Shown here: in pieces, positions 7,538 through 16,997 of the stretch
Layout of the letters: each line of letters opens with the position of its first letter
How positions within the stretch are numbered: the stretch's first letter is position 1
Source of the DNA: an uncultured Gammaproteobacteria bacterium
Lineage (GTDB): Bacteria; Patescibacteriota; Patescibacteriia; UBA2591; UBA6264
Direction: 5' to 3'
Length of the DNA stretch: 64,000 bases
Assembly (NCBI GenBank): GCA_964596735.1
Contig: CAZQVF010000005.1
Location: 13,328-77,327, forward strand
Made by a program: the position numbers and the translations under genes
Notes under the pieces: model-generated
Database searches by the model: none
What the model saw: only the letters and a program-made list of their open reading frames with translations
What the model was told of the DNA's origin: nothing

Positions 7538-10279
7538 TTACAAATCTTGAGCTTTTTCTACTCTTACCCCTCCGCCTTTTTCTAAAATGACTATATCTCG
7601 TCGGCCAATTTTCTTGGTTAATAAAAGTTTAGCCAAAACATCACTGACTCGATTCTGGATTGCTCTTCTTAATGGCCGAGCTCCAAAAGCTGGATCAAAA
7701 CCAGCTTCTGCCAACTCTGTAACTGCTTCATCTGTTGCTTTTAAAGTAATTCCTTTTTCTTCAAGCTGTTTGGTTAATTTTCTCAAAAGCAATCTTGTAA
7801 TTTGTTTTATTTCTTCCATACCTAATGGCTTGAAAACAACTGTGCCGTCAAAACGATTTAAAAATTCCGGTCGAAAATACGGTCTTAATTTTTCTTGAAT
7901 TAAGGTTTCTGTAATCATTTCTACAGAAGTCCCTTTTGTGATTTCTTCTTGAATAAAATCTGTTCCTGCATTAGATGTACAAATTATTATCAGATTGGTA
8001 AAATCAATTGTTCTCCCAAGAGCATCTGTTAGACGACCATCATCCATTACCTGGAGAAACACATTTAAAATATCTGGGTGGGCCTTTTCAATTTCATCAA
8101 GAAGCAATAAAGAAGAGGGGTTTAACCGTACTGATTCGGTTAACAATCCTCCTTTTTCTCCTCCCGGGACTCCAATTAAACGGTTAATGCTTCCTTTTTC
8201 CTGATACTCACTCATATCTAACCTAATCATTCTATTTTCTTGTCCAAAATATACTTCAGTAACTGTTTTAGCCAATTCTGTTTTTCCCACCCCAGTTGGC
8301 CCTAGAAAAAGTAAATTAACAATTGGTTTTTTCTGGCTACGTAATTCTGTTCTTGCTCTTCTTAAAGCTGCAGCAACCATATTAACTGCTTCATTTTGAT
8401 CAATTAATCTCTTGTGTATTTGTTCTTCTAAATTTAAGAGTTTAGTCGATTCTTTTTCTGTAAGTTTGGTTACAGGAATTTTTGTCTTTTCAGCAACTAA
8501 AGCGGCTACGTCTTCTGCTTGAACAATGCTCTTTTTGCCTTTTCTATTTTTCACGGCAATAGCTACTTCTTTTAAAAGGTTAATTGCTTTATCTGGTAAA
8601 AATTGTTCGTGCAAATAGCGGGATGATAAATCAACCGCTTGATTTAAGGCGCCATAGGAAAAATAAACATGTTCACGAGCTTCAATTGGAGCTGCCTGAG
8701 CCTCTAAAATCTGAATGGTCGCATTTTCATCCGGCTCTTCAATCTTTACCTTTTGAAAAACCTCTCCCAAGGCTTTGGTTTCAATTAAACGACGGTATTC
8801 ATTGGGAATAGATGTTGCTAAAACTAAAAATAATCTTCTTTTCAAAATGCTAGATAAAATTTCTGAAACATCTAATTCTCCTTCAGTTGTACGAACTCCT
8901 ACCATGTTGTGAATATCTTTAATAACTAAAATGATATTTCCCGAACGAGCCACTTCACTAAGAATAATTTGTATTCTTTGTTCAATCTCACCTGATTGTG
9001 AAGCTCCGGCAATCAAACTCGCCAAACTTAAACTGACTAATCTTTTATCTTGAAAGATTTTAGGCACATCCTCTGTAACCATACGCCGAGCCAAACCATT
9101 AATAATAGTTGTCTTTCCTACTCCTGGTTGACCAACTAAAACTACTCCTGGCCGTCCTCCTTCAAGAACTCTAAAAATCTCTTTGACTTCTTTCTCTCTG
9201 TCCATACAGACACCTAAATATCCGCTACGAGCCATTTGAGTCAAATCCTCTCCATGAGCATCAAGATTGGGCGTGGCAATAGCCGTATAAGCCCTATTAA
9301 TTGGGCCCTTAGGTTTAAACCTAGCTTGCCCGGCAAAACTATGTGCCTGCTTGCTTAATTCTTGATAGACCTTAATCCAAAGGCAAACATTGGTTATCTC
9401 ATTTAGACCAACCTCTAAATCGTAAAAAATCTCTTTAACTGGTCCTTCAAAACTCATTAAGGCCTGTAGAATTTCTAAGGGGGAAAGCGAGGTGCTATTA
9501 CCCTCTCCAGCCAAGACATAAGCCCTTAAAAGGACCTTTTGTGTTTCTAGACTATAAGAAACATTTTTAAATGGGCCAGATTTATTAATCTTACCCAGAC
9601 CTCGAGCCACCTTGTCTTGTAGACTTTTCCAATTTAAGCCCAGTCGATTAATAACTAATTTGACATCTGAACCTTCTAAACAACTAGCAAGAATATGAAT
9701 TGGTTGAATCTGCTGATGTTTTAATTTACGAGCTAAAGCCCATGATTTTTGCATGACTTTAACTGAATCTTTAGAAAAAGCTTCTGCAACATCAATTTTA
9801 AACTTCTTGGAAAGGTGGTCTGTTTCTTCCCAATTTTCTGGAATCTGGACACTTTCTCTGATCGATTTTGGCCAATTCTTTTGTCTTTCGTCTTGCTCTT
9901 TTTCTAAGGTATAAAAAAGATAACAATCAGTTAATATTGAAAACCAAATGTATAAAAGCAACCTTTCTTGAGATATATTTAAATATGATATCTGATTTAA
10001 GATATTAATAATGAATTCGGGAACAACAACCTCGGGCAAATTTAAAACTATTTTAAATAAACAAATCAAACCCCAAACTCCAAACAAAATTAATAAAATC
10101 TTAATAATAACTTTTAAAAATCTCCCTAATCCATTGCTAATAATTTCGGCTCTGTTAAAAATTTTGTCTAAAAATAAGATATAACCACCAAACCAGGCAT
10201 AAATTTCCCGACCATTACAGGTAGGACACTTTTTTAAAGGGGTCTTTCCTTGGCAATTTGGACAAATAATAAAATTCAT
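7538..10279 (-). CDS. ClpC/ClpB-family double-AAA+ ATPase with an unusual N-terminal zinc ribbon and two predicted TM helices
   Basis: CPNCQGK...CPTCNG ribbon, hydrophobic segments (IIKILLILFGVWGLICLF; LLLYIWFSILTDCYLF) and a Clp-N-like repeat. AAA1 Walker A is GQPGVGKT, AAA2 Walker A is GPTGVGKT. No obvious long M-domain and no IGF-type ClpP loop. Confidence 0.8.
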   Translation of the reverse strand: MNFIICPNCQGKTPLKKCPTCNGREIYAWFGGYILFLDKIFNRAEIISNGLGRFLKVIIKILLILFGVWGLICLFKIVLNLPEVVVPEFIINILNQISYLNISQERLLLYIWFSILTDCYLFYTLEKEQDERQKNWPKSIRESVQIPENWEETDHLSKKFKIDVAEAFSKDSVKVMQKSWALARKLKHQQIQPIHILASCLEGSDVKLVINRLGLNWKSLQDKVARGLGKINKSGPFKNVSYSLETQKVLLRAYVLAGEGNSTSLSPLEILQALMSFEGPVKEIFYDLEVGLNEITNVCLWIKVYQELSKQAHSFAGQARFKPKGPINRAYTAIATPNLDAHGEDLTQMARSGYLGVCMDREKEVKEIFRVLEGGRPGVVLVGQPGVGKTTIINGLARRMVTEDVPKIFQDKRLVSLSLASLIAGASQSGEIEQRIQIILSEVARSGNIILVIKDIHNMVGVRTTEGELDVSEILSSILKRRLFLVLATSIPNEYRRLIETKALGEVFQKVKIEEPDENATIQILEAQAAPIEAREHVYFSYGALNQAVDLSSRYLHEQFLPDKAINLLKEVAIAVKNRKGKKSIVQAEDVAALVAEKTKIPVTKLTEKESTKLLNLEEQIHKRLIDQNEAVNMVAAALRRARTELRSQKKPIVNLLFLGPTGVGKTELAKTVTEVYFGQENRMIRLDMSEYQEKGSINRLIGVPGGEKGGLLTESVRLNPSSLLLLDEIEKAHPDILNVFLQVMDDGRLTDALGRTIDFTNLIIICTSNAGTDFIQEEITKGTSVEMITETLIQEKLRPYFRPEFLNRFDGTVVFKPLGMEEIKQITRLLLRKLTKQLEEKGITLKATDEAVTELAEAGFDPAFGARPLRRAIQNRVSDVLAKLLLTKKIGRRDIVILEKGGGVRVEKAQDL

Positions 10280-10285
10280 TTTTAA

Positions 10286-10645
10286 TTAAAATAATAATTT
10301 AATAATTTGCCAGAGACTAATAATTGGCAAAATCAGCCACAGGACAAATAGAACCAAAAATCCAATCGTCCCTAGTAAAAATAAAAAAGAACGCCAAATT
10401 AAAATAATCAAGCGCATGAAAAAACTAATAATTCTTCCCGACATTGATCGTTCACCAAACATGGGCTTAAAAAGATGGGTGAACATCAATTTTAAAGCTA
10501 AATTACGAAATAAATTACTAACACCATTAATCAATCCTAAAAATCTTTTTTTTGCACCGATAGTGTACCACCAAAAAGGAAAGGTAATAATATTTACTAA
10601 ACCGTATAAAAGCGTGGATTTAATAACGGCTGTCAAAATAGACAT
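10286..10645 (-). CDS. Hypothetical small membrane protein
   Basis: 119 aa with three or four hydrophobic helices. Confidence 0.35.
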   Translation of the reverse strand: MSILTAVIKSTLLYGLVNIITFPFWWYTIGAKKRFLGLINGVSNLFRNLALKLMFTHLFKPMFGERSMSGRIISFFMRLIILIWRSFLFLLGTIGFLVLFVLWLILPIISLWQIIKLLF

Positions 10646-10664
10646 ATTTAGGTCTTCTTTAAAA

Positions 10665-10925
10665 TTATCTTATTGAACTAGAGGCTAGTCCTCTTATTTT
10701 TTTAAAAGTATCTCTGACGACCACCTTCTCTTTAGAAACAGATAAAACCTGTTTTGCTCCGATTATTAAGTGCCCTTGAAATAAATTTTTTAAAAAATTA
10801 TGGCTTTTAATAAAATAATTTTTAACTTGTCCTGTTTCTGGATCAATCTCCAGGTCTACTACTTGACCAAGATAATTACCACTCTCAGTATAAACTGGTA
10901 AATCAATTATCTCTTTTGGGTCCAT
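10665..10925 (-). CDS. Small PRC-barrel-like (YlmC/YmxH-like) protein
   Basis: 86 aa; pattern (IDLPVYTESGNYLGQVVDLEIDPETGQV) resembles PRC-barrel proteins. Weak. Confidence 0.3.
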   Translation of the reverse strand: MDPKEIIDLPVYTESGNYLGQVVDLEIDPETGQVKNYFIKSHNFLKNLFQGHLIIGAKQVLSVSKEKVVVRDTFKKIRGLASSSIR

Positions 10926-10936
10926 AATTCTAATAT

Positions 10937-11668
10937 CTAAGGCTTAGTTATTTGCTTTGAGGAAGCAAAAACAAGCTTTTGCTCTAAAATAGTAAATAAA
11001 AGACTAGCCAACCAATAAAGCATTAACCCGCTAGGCAGGGTCATTCCAATAAAAACCGTTAAAGCGGGCATCATAAATTTCATCTGCTTATTCATTGTTG
11101 CCATCATGTTCTCGTCTTTTGCTCCGCTTTGTTTAAGTACTTTCTTGTCCGGTTGCTCTGTTGTAAAGGCCTTCATTTGAACATATTGCAAAATGCCAGT
11201 GACCAAGGCAAGAATTGGACTAGCTTTTGCCAAATCTAGCAGGCCAAAGGCCATAATATTTAAAGTCCCTGGATTGTGAATAAAAGAATAAATAGGTAAA
11301 GAATTATCGCTTAAACCAACTCTAAAAACCTGAAAAACAGCAATTAAAATAGGAAGTTGAATTAATAATGGCAAACATGAAGAAAAAGGGTTAACCTTGT
11401 TTTCTTTGTAAAGACTCATCATTGCTTGAGCTTGCTTGTCCTTTTGATTAGCATACTTTTTTTTAAGCTCTTCTAATTTTGGCTGAAGTTCTTTAAGTGC
11501 TTTTTGTGATTTAATTGATTGGCGAGAAAGCGGGAATAACAACAACTTAAGTACCAAGGTTAAAATAATTATTGCTAGCCCTAAATCATGTCCGGGAATT
11601 AAATTGTAAAAAAACACCAGAAGATTAAGCAACGGTTCATAAAGAATTATCTTAAAAAATTCAATCAT
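10937..11668 (-). CDS. yidC: Membrane protein insertase YidC/Oxa1 (short form)
   Basis: Multi-TM protein with a conserved YidC core; sits in the rpmH-rnpA-yidD-yidC gene order. Confidence 0.8.
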   Translation of the reverse strand: MIEFFKIILYEPLLNLLVFFYNLIPGHDLGLAIIILTLVLKLLLFPLSRQSIKSQKALKELQPKLEELKKKYANQKDKQAQAMMSLYKENKVNPFSSCLPLLIQLPILIAVFQVFRVGLSDNSLPIYSFIHNPGTLNIMAFGLLDLAKASPILALVTGILQYVQMKAFTTEQPDKKVLKQSGAKDENMMATMNKQMKFMMPALTVFIGMTLPSGLMLYWLASLLFTILEQKLVFASSKQITKP

Positions 11669-11681
11669 ACTAAACTATATT

Positions 11682-11936
11682 TTATGCAGGATCCCATCCC
11701 CCCTTAGACCAAGGGTGGCAACGAAAAATTCTTTTTAAGGCTTTAATTCCTCCCTTTAAAAGACCGTATTTATTAATGGCGTCATAAGCATATTCTGAAC
11801 AAGTCGGACGGAACTTACAGGTTCCTTTCCAGGGGTGAATTAATGAAAAAACACCATGATCAGGAGAAAAGGTTTTTTGATAAAAACGGATCAATTGCAA
11901 AACTAATAATCGTGGCCAAATAAAAATTTGTTTCAT
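11682..11936 (-). CDS. yidD: Membrane protein insertion efficiency factor YidD
   Basis: 84 aa; YQKTFSP...CKFRPTCSEYA...CHPW motif is typical of YidD. Confidence 0.8.
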   Translation of the reverse strand: MKQIFIWPRLLVLQLIRFYQKTFSPDHGVFSLIHPWKGTCKFRPTCSEYAYDAINKYGLLKGGIKALKRIFRCHPWSKGGWDPA

Positions 11937-11939
11937 TCT

Positions 11940-12284
11940 TTAGGATTTAATTAAATTCTGTTTTTGAAAAAGTTTTAAAAGTTTGCTTTTAATTTGTGAA
12001 TAATCTAAATCTTCTGTTCCTGATTTAGTTAAAATCATAAAATCGTAACCCTGAACAATATTAGATAGATTTTCTTTTAAAATCGCTCTAATTCTTCTTT
12101 TTATTTTATTACGTATGACTGCCTTTTTGCTGACTTTAAGGGAAACAATAATTCCAAAACGAGAATAATTGAGATTGTTCTTAATATATTTTAAGCCTAA
12201 AGCATAACTAAAAATAATTTTTCCTTGTTGGGCAACCCGAGCAAAATCCTTGTTCTTAGTTAAACGATATTGTTTGGGCAACAT
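11940..12284 (-). CDS. rnpA: RNase P protein component
   Basis: 114 aa; LPKQYRLTKNKDF...RNKIKRRIR is the RnpA signature; located downstream of rpmH. Confidence 0.8.
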   Translation of the reverse strand: MLPKQYRLTKNKDFARVAQQGKIIFSYALGLKYIKNNLNYSRFGIIVSLKVSKKAVIRNKIKRRIRAILKENLSNIVQGYDFMILTKSGTEDLDYSQIKSKLLKLFQKQNLIKS

Positions 12285-12292
12285 AAAGCCTT

Positions 12293-12430
12293 TTAAACAG
12301 TTAACTTCTTTCTCTTTTTAGCCCGCCTTCTTTTTAATATTTGCTGGCCAGCTTTTGTTTGCATTCTCTTTTTAAAGCCATGTGTTCTGGCCCTCTTTCT
12401 TTTTTTGGGCTGATAAGTTCTTTTAGGCAT
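12293..12430 (-). CDS. rpmH: 50S ribosomal protein L34 (45 aa; not in the supplied ORF track)
   Basis: Manual minus-strand translation gives [45 protein letters not shown], a near-consensus L34, directly upstream of rnpA. Confidence 0.85.
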   Translation of the reverse strand: MPKRTYQPKKRKRARTHGFKKRMQTKAGQQILKRRRAKKRKKLTV

Positions 12431-12458
12431 ATTAAAAAAATCTTATTAAATACTTAAT

Positions 12459-12530
12459 ACCCTATAATTAAATTACATTAATTTATATATAATAATTTAA
12501 TTTCAAGGTTCTGGTAAAGTCAGGTTCTTA
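12459..12530 (-). promoter_or_regulatory. Promoter cassette copy upstream of rpmH
   Basis: Minus-strand reads AAGAACCTGACTTTACCAGAACCTTGAAATTAAATTATTATATATAAATTAATGTAATTTAATTATAGGG; same family as 67-148. Confidence 0.5.
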
Positions 12531-12565
12531 TTTTAACACAAAAAGCACTAAACTACAAATACTAT

Positions 12566-14083
12566 TTATCTGGCGTATTCAATAATCCTGTTCTCTCTGA
12601 TTACTGTTACTTTAATTTCACCTGGATATTTTAATTCTTCTTCTATTCTATCAGCTATTTCTCTAGCTAATTTATGGGCATCTGTGTCATCGACTTCCTG
12701 AGGAGTAACAAAAACTCTTAAATCTCGACCAGCCTGAATGGCATAAACTTTTTCAACACCAGAAAAAGTCTTGGCTAAAGATTCTAGTTCTTCTAAACGT
12801 TTTAAATATTCTTCGTAAGTATCTTTTCGTGCCCCTGGTCGAGCTCCGGAAATCGCATCAGCAACTTTAACAATTACTGCTTCCAATGTTGGAGGTTTAT
12901 CTTCATGATGAGTAGCAATAGGAATAATTACCTCTTTACTTAGGCCGTATTTTTCTCCTAAATTCTTACCAAGTTCTGGATGAGTTCCTTGAACCTCAAA
13001 ATCAACTGCTTTCCCAATGTCATGAAGCAATCCAGCTTTTTTGGCTATGGAAACATCGGCTCCTAACTCGTGAGCGAGCATGGCTGAAAGTTCAGCTACT
13101 TCGATAGAATGAAGAAGTACGTTTTGCCCATAACTAGTCCGGTATTTCAATCTGCCCAGAATTTGAACTAACTTTGGATCAATAGTAGGAATTCCAGTTT
13201 GATAAAGCGCTTCTTCTCCTGCTTTTCTAATATCTCGGGCCAATTCTTTTTTCGTTTCTTCAACAATTCTCTCAATACGAGCTGGTTGAATTCGACCATC
13301 AGCAATTAATTTTTCTAAAACTAATTTTGCCAGTTGACGACGAATTGGATTAAAAGCAGAAACAAACACAACCTCAGGTGTATCATCAACAACAATTTCA
13401 GTACCTGTTAATTGTTCTACTACTTTAATATTCCTTCCTTCTCGACCAATAACCCTACCTTTCACTTCGTCTGACGGTAAAGCTACAGAAGCGATTGTCG
13501 TTTCTGCAGTATGGGCTGAAGCATATCTCTCAATAACATTGGTAATTAATTTCTTAGTTTGTTTTTCAATCTCTTCTGCGCCATATTCCTCCATTTTCTT
13601 AATTCTGAGCAAAAGATCCTCTTTCATTTTCTTTTCTAGGTTATTTAAAAGAAACTCTTTTGCTTCTTGTTCAGTCATTCCAGAAATTCTTTCTAGCTCT
13701 TGTCTTGCCTCTTCATAAAGTTGTTTAATTTTAACTTTTGCCTGTTCTAGTCTATCAGCCTTTCCAGCTAGATCCCTTTGCCTTTCTTCTATCTCAAAAA
13801 TCTTTTTTTCAAAAAGAGACTGTCTTTTTTCTAAACGCTCTTCTGAAACTTTTAGTTCTTTTCTTCTGTCTAGTTCTTCTTTTTTTGCTCTATCGATGAT
13901 CTTAAGGCTTTCTTCACGAGCTTTGAAAAAAACTTCTTGTTGTTTGACCTTAGCTTTAGTTAAAATATCTTTTGCTTTTGATTCTGCTGATTCAGTCATG
14001 TATCGACCCATTTGTCGACGAATCAACCAACCAACAAACATTCCAGCTAAGATGCCAATTAAAACGAAAATGTAATCCATCAT
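12566..14083 (-). CDS. rny: Ribonuclease Y
   Basis: N-terminal TM helix, coiled coil, KH domain (GREGRNIK) and HD domain (LLHDIGK). Confidence 0.85.
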   Translation of the reverse strand: MMDYIFVLIGILAGMFVGWLIRRQMGRYMTESAESKAKDILTKAKVKQQEVFFKAREESLKIIDRAKKEELDRRKELKVSEERLEKRQSLFEKKIFEIEERQRDLAGKADRLEQAKVKIKQLYEEARQELERISGMTEQEAKEFLLNNLEKKMKEDLLLRIKKMEEYGAEEIEKQTKKLITNVIERYASAHTAETTIASVALPSDEVKGRVIGREGRNIKVVEQLTGTEIVVDDTPEVVFVSAFNPIRRQLAKLVLEKLIADGRIQPARIERIVEETKKELARDIRKAGEEALYQTGIPTIDPKLVQILGRLKYRTSYGQNVLLHSIEVAELSAMLAHELGADVSIAKKAGLLHDIGKAVDFEVQGTHPELGKNLGEKYGLSKEVIIPIATHHEDKPPTLEAVIVKVADAISGARPGARKDTYEEYLKRLEELESLAKTFSGVEKVYAIQAGRDLRVFVTPQEVDDTDAHKLAREIADRIEEELKYPGEIKVTVIRENRIIEYAR

Positions 14084-14104
14084 ATATTTTATTTGTTAAA
14101 TAAA

Positions 14105-14135
14105 TAAAAGCCAATTCTTTTTGGCTTTTAAAAGA
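14105..14135 (-). terminator. Rho-independent terminator downstream of clpP
   Basis: Minus strand: AAGCCAA-AAAGAA-TTGGCTT hairpin followed by a TTATTTATTT run. Confidence 0.5.
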
Positions 14136-14154
14136 TTTATTTTTAAAAATGTTT

Positions 14155-14733
14155 CTATTTGGTGATAACCTTATCAACCAGACCGTATTTTTTTGCTTCC
14201 TCAACTGTCATATAAAAATCGCGGTCTGTGTCATTTTCTATCTTCTTTAACGATTGTTTAGTGTGCTTAGCTAATATCTTATTAATTCTATCTCTAACCC
14301 TTAAAATATGTTCGGCTCTAATCTTAATATCTGCGGCTGGACCCTCTGCTCCGCCCATTACTTGATGTAACATTATTTCTGCATTTGGTAGGGCCAGGCG
14401 TTTGCCTTTTGCTCCAGCTGATAAAAGGACCGCTCCCATTGAAGCAGCTGTCCCGATACAAATTGTCATTACATTTGGCCTAACATACTGCATTGTATCA
14501 TAAATAGCTAAGCCAGCTGTAACTGAACCTCCAAGAGTGTTGATATAGAGCTTGATATCCTTGTTTTTATCTTCACTAGCTAAAAACAAGAGTTGAGCAA
14601 TAACGATATTAGCAATATCATCAGTAATAGTATCACCAAGAAAAATAATTCTTTCCTTTAAAAGCCTTGAATATATATCATAAGCTCGTTCTCCATGTGT
14701 AGATTTTTCAATAACTGTTGGAACGAGATGCAT
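14155..14733 (-). CDS. clpP: ATP-dependent Clp protease proteolytic subunit
   Basis: [18 protein letters not shown]...GGSVTAG...catalytic Ser (TAASMGA)/His/Asp pattern; 192 aa. Confidence 0.9.
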   Translation of the reverse strand: MHLVPTVIEKSTHGERAYDIYSRLLKERIIFLGDTITDDIANIVIAQLLFLASEDKNKDIKLYINTLGGSVTAGLAIYDTMQYVRPNVMTICIGTAASMGAVLLSAGAKGKRLALPNAEIMLHQVMGGAEGPAADIKIRAEHILRVRDRINKILAKHTKQSLKKIENDTDRDFYMTVEEAKKYGLVDKVITK

Positions 14734-14823
14734 ATATTAAAAATTGTTCACTATTAATTAATTCCCTCCTTCTAGGAGTATATCAGCCCAAAAAATTCTG
14801 TCAATTTATTGAGGTGGATAACC

Positions 14824-15162
14824 CTAATTTTTAGCTTCATCTAAGGCTTTCTCAACCTGGCTGACTTCTTCCTCTGTCTCATCAAGTAAAAATTTAATCT
14901 TAGGAATAAATTTAAGAAATAAGCTTTTATTTAATAATCTTTGTAAATAACCGATTCTCTTTGAAAGCTCTTTAAAAACTATTTTGGCCTGATTAATAGG
15001 AAAAACACTAATCCAAATTTTTGCCTGCAATAAATCGGTTGAAGTTTCTACATGAGTAATAGTAATTAACGAGCCTTCTGGCGGATCAATTTCCCTAAGA
15101 AAAATTTTGCTCATCTCTCTTTTAATCAATTCATTGATTTGTTCAATTCTTTGAGAACACAT
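14824..15162 (-). CDS. rbfA: Ribosome-binding factor A
   Basis: RIEQINELIKREMSKIF... is RbfA-like. The ORF track starts at 15192, but those first 10 codons are the conserved promoter cassette (TTGAAA-N17-TATAAA-A-ATG), so the start is moved to ATG 15162. Confidence 0.7.
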   Translation of the reverse strand: MCSQRIEQINELIKREMSKIFLREIDPPEGSLITITHVETSTDLLQAKIWISVFPINQAKIVFKELSKRIGYLQRLLNKSLFLKFIPKIKFLLDETEEEVSQVEKALDEAKN

Positions 15163-15213
15163 TTTTATAATTAAAATATTTTTTAATTTCAAGGTTCTGC
15201 GAAACAGGTTCTT
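15163..15213 (-). promoter_or_regulatory. Promoter cassette copy upstream of rbfA (-35 TTGAAA, 17-nt spacer, -10 TATAAA, 1 nt before ATG)
   Basis: Minus strand: AAGAACCTGTTTCGCAGAACCTTGAAATTAAAAAATATTTTAATTATAAAAATG. Confidence 0.55.
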
Positions 15214-15775
15214 AAAAACGAAAAAATTTAAAAGGCCTTTCTGTTAAATCAACTATAATTGATGGTTGACCAGTTAATCCCTCTCCTTTTAAGGCCAGAT
15301 TTACCTGTTGACTAAATTCTTTAGTTATCTTTTTTATACTCAAACTAGGTTGAAAGCCTGACATATTAGCGCTAGTTGTGGTTATTGGAAAATTCTTGCT
15401 TAATTGTTGACAAACCTCTGAATCAGGAATACGGACACCAATCGTTTTTTTACCCCCGGTCAAGATTTTAGACACTTTAGCTTTCTTTTTTAAAATAAAA
15501 GTAAAAGGCCCTGGCAAAAGGGCTGACATTAACTTTTCTTGTTCTTTATTAACCCGGGCCAAATCTTTAATTTCCTTTAAACTTGAAACTATTACAGACA
15601 AGGGTGCTTTAAACTCTCTACCTTTTATTCTAAAAACTTTTTGAATTGCCCCCTGATTAAAAATATCTGCTCCCAGACCGTATAGCGTGTCTGTGGGGTA
15701 AATAATTACTTCGCCTTGTTGCAAGGCCTTTCTTGCTTTTCTTATATTTATCTTAGTTGGTGAATAAACTAACAT
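15212..15775 (-). CDS. tsaC: L-threonylcarbamoyladenylate synthase (YrdC/Sua5 family)
   Basis: YrdC fold motifs: EVIIYPTDTLYGLGADIFNQGAIQKVFRIKGR, SANMSG. Confidence 0.75.
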   Translation of the reverse strand: MLVYSPTKINIRKARKALQQGEVIIYPTDTLYGLGADIFNQGAIQKVFRIKGREFKAPLSVIVSSLKEIKDLARVNKEQEKLMSALLPGPFTFILKKKAKVSKILTGGKKTIGVRIPDSEVCQQLSKNFPITTTSANMSGFQPSLSIKKITKEFSQQVNLALKGEGLTGQPSIIVDLTERPFKFFRF

Positions 15776-15777
15776 AT

Positions 15778-16329
15778 TTAAAGACCTAATTCCTTAGGAA
15801 TACTTTGCATTGCCCTTAAACTAATTTTTACAAACTCTTCAAGTGACAAATCTAGTTCTTCACAAGCGGCAATAGTTTCTCGATTAGCTCCTCGGGCAAA
15901 TCCCTTTTCTTTATACCTGTTTAAAACGTTTTCTGCACTTAAATTAATAATTTTCTTGTTTGGCATAACCAAGGTCGCCGCAACAATTAAACCAGTAATC
16001 GGGTCTGCACAAAAAAGGGCCTTGGTCATTTTATCTTCACGAGGCAAACCATGAATTTCATTATGAGCCTTAACAGCCGTAATGACTTCTGAATCAATTC
16101 CATGTTGCTGGAGCATTTCCGCCCCTAGCAAACTATGTTTTTCTGGAGTATCTTTGGTTTCTTCATAATCAATATCATGTAAAAGTCCGGTTAAAGCCCA
16201 CTTTTCAATGTTTTCATTGAAATATTTTGCTAATTCCTTCATTACTGCTTCTACGGCCAAGCAGTGCTTAACCAGATTTCTATTTTGAATCTTTTCCTCA
16301 ACTAATTTTAGAGCCTCTTCTCTAGTCAT
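15778..16329 (-). CDS. HD-domain phosphohydrolase
   Basis: H...HD motif (KHCLAV...LLHDID); 183 aa. Confidence 0.5.
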   Translation of the reverse strand: MTREEALKLVEEKIQNRNLVKHCLAVEAVMKELAKYFNENIEKWALTGLLHDIDYEETKDTPEKHSLLGAEMLQQHGIDSEVITAVKAHNEIHGLPREDKMTKALFCADPITGLIVAATLVMPNKKIINLSAENVLNRYKEKGFARGANRETIAACEELDLSLEEFVKISLRAMQSIPKELGL

Positions 16330-16991
16330 TAAAGCAATTTAAAGTTATTAATCACTAAATGGAATTTATACCCCAGATAATTAGCGGCTTGACGGCAATA
16401 AGTCATCCTTTCTGTAAAAATTTCAAAAAATTCTATAACTGGAACAAACTTTTGGTCAATCTTTAAGGTAAGAATAATCTGTTTTTTAGATCTATTAATA
16501 CTTAGATCTGATTTGGTTACTGCATAATTCACTCGATCATGAATATCGAGCTTAATTTTTTCTAAAGATTTAACTGTTACTCGGGAACGATGAACATCTG
16601 ACTTGTCAGCCAATACAACAATGGCAGATATAGGCTCTGTTAATTTCATTGTATTTTTATCATGATTAGAGATTGCCTGCATTATCCAAACAAGTTCTTT
16701 GGAGGTAAAATCATTTTTAAAAATCTGATGGAATAAAAGGGAACCCCAATAATGATGTTGTGAACGACCTAGAAAATTACCCATATCATGACAAAAGCCA
16801 GCAATAGCTGCCAAGTCTTGACCCCTTTCACTTAGATTAATTTGTTTGGCTAAATTTTTAGCCTCACGCGCAACTAATTTAGCATGGCGCAAGCCATGTT
16901 CAGTATAATCTAATGCCTTAATAGTAATTTCAGACTGATTAATAAACTCCAAAATTTTTGGATGTTTTTTTATGTCTTGAAATGTTAACAT
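16329..16991 (-). CDS. HD-domain phosphohydrolase (second, tandem)
   Basis: HGLRHAKLVAREA...FCHDMGN HD motif; 220 aa. Confidence 0.5.
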   Translation of the reverse strand: MLTFQDIKKHPKILEFINQSEITIKALDYTEHGLRHAKLVAREAKNLAKQINLSERGQDLAAIAGFCHDMGNFLGRSQHHYWGSLLFHQIFKNDFTSKELVWIMQAISNHDKNTMKLTEPISAIVVLADKSDVHRSRVTVKSLEKIKLDIHDRVNYAVTKSDLSINRSKKQIILTLKIDQKFVPVIEFFEIFTERMTYCRQAANYLGYKFHLVINNFKLL

Positions 16992-16997
16992 ACAATT

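Noticed and set aside
10416-10676. 86-aa + strand ORF overlapping the small membrane-protein gene
   Set aside because: Antisense to a hydrophobic ORF in the yidC operon and AT-rich low-complexity; unlikely to be real.
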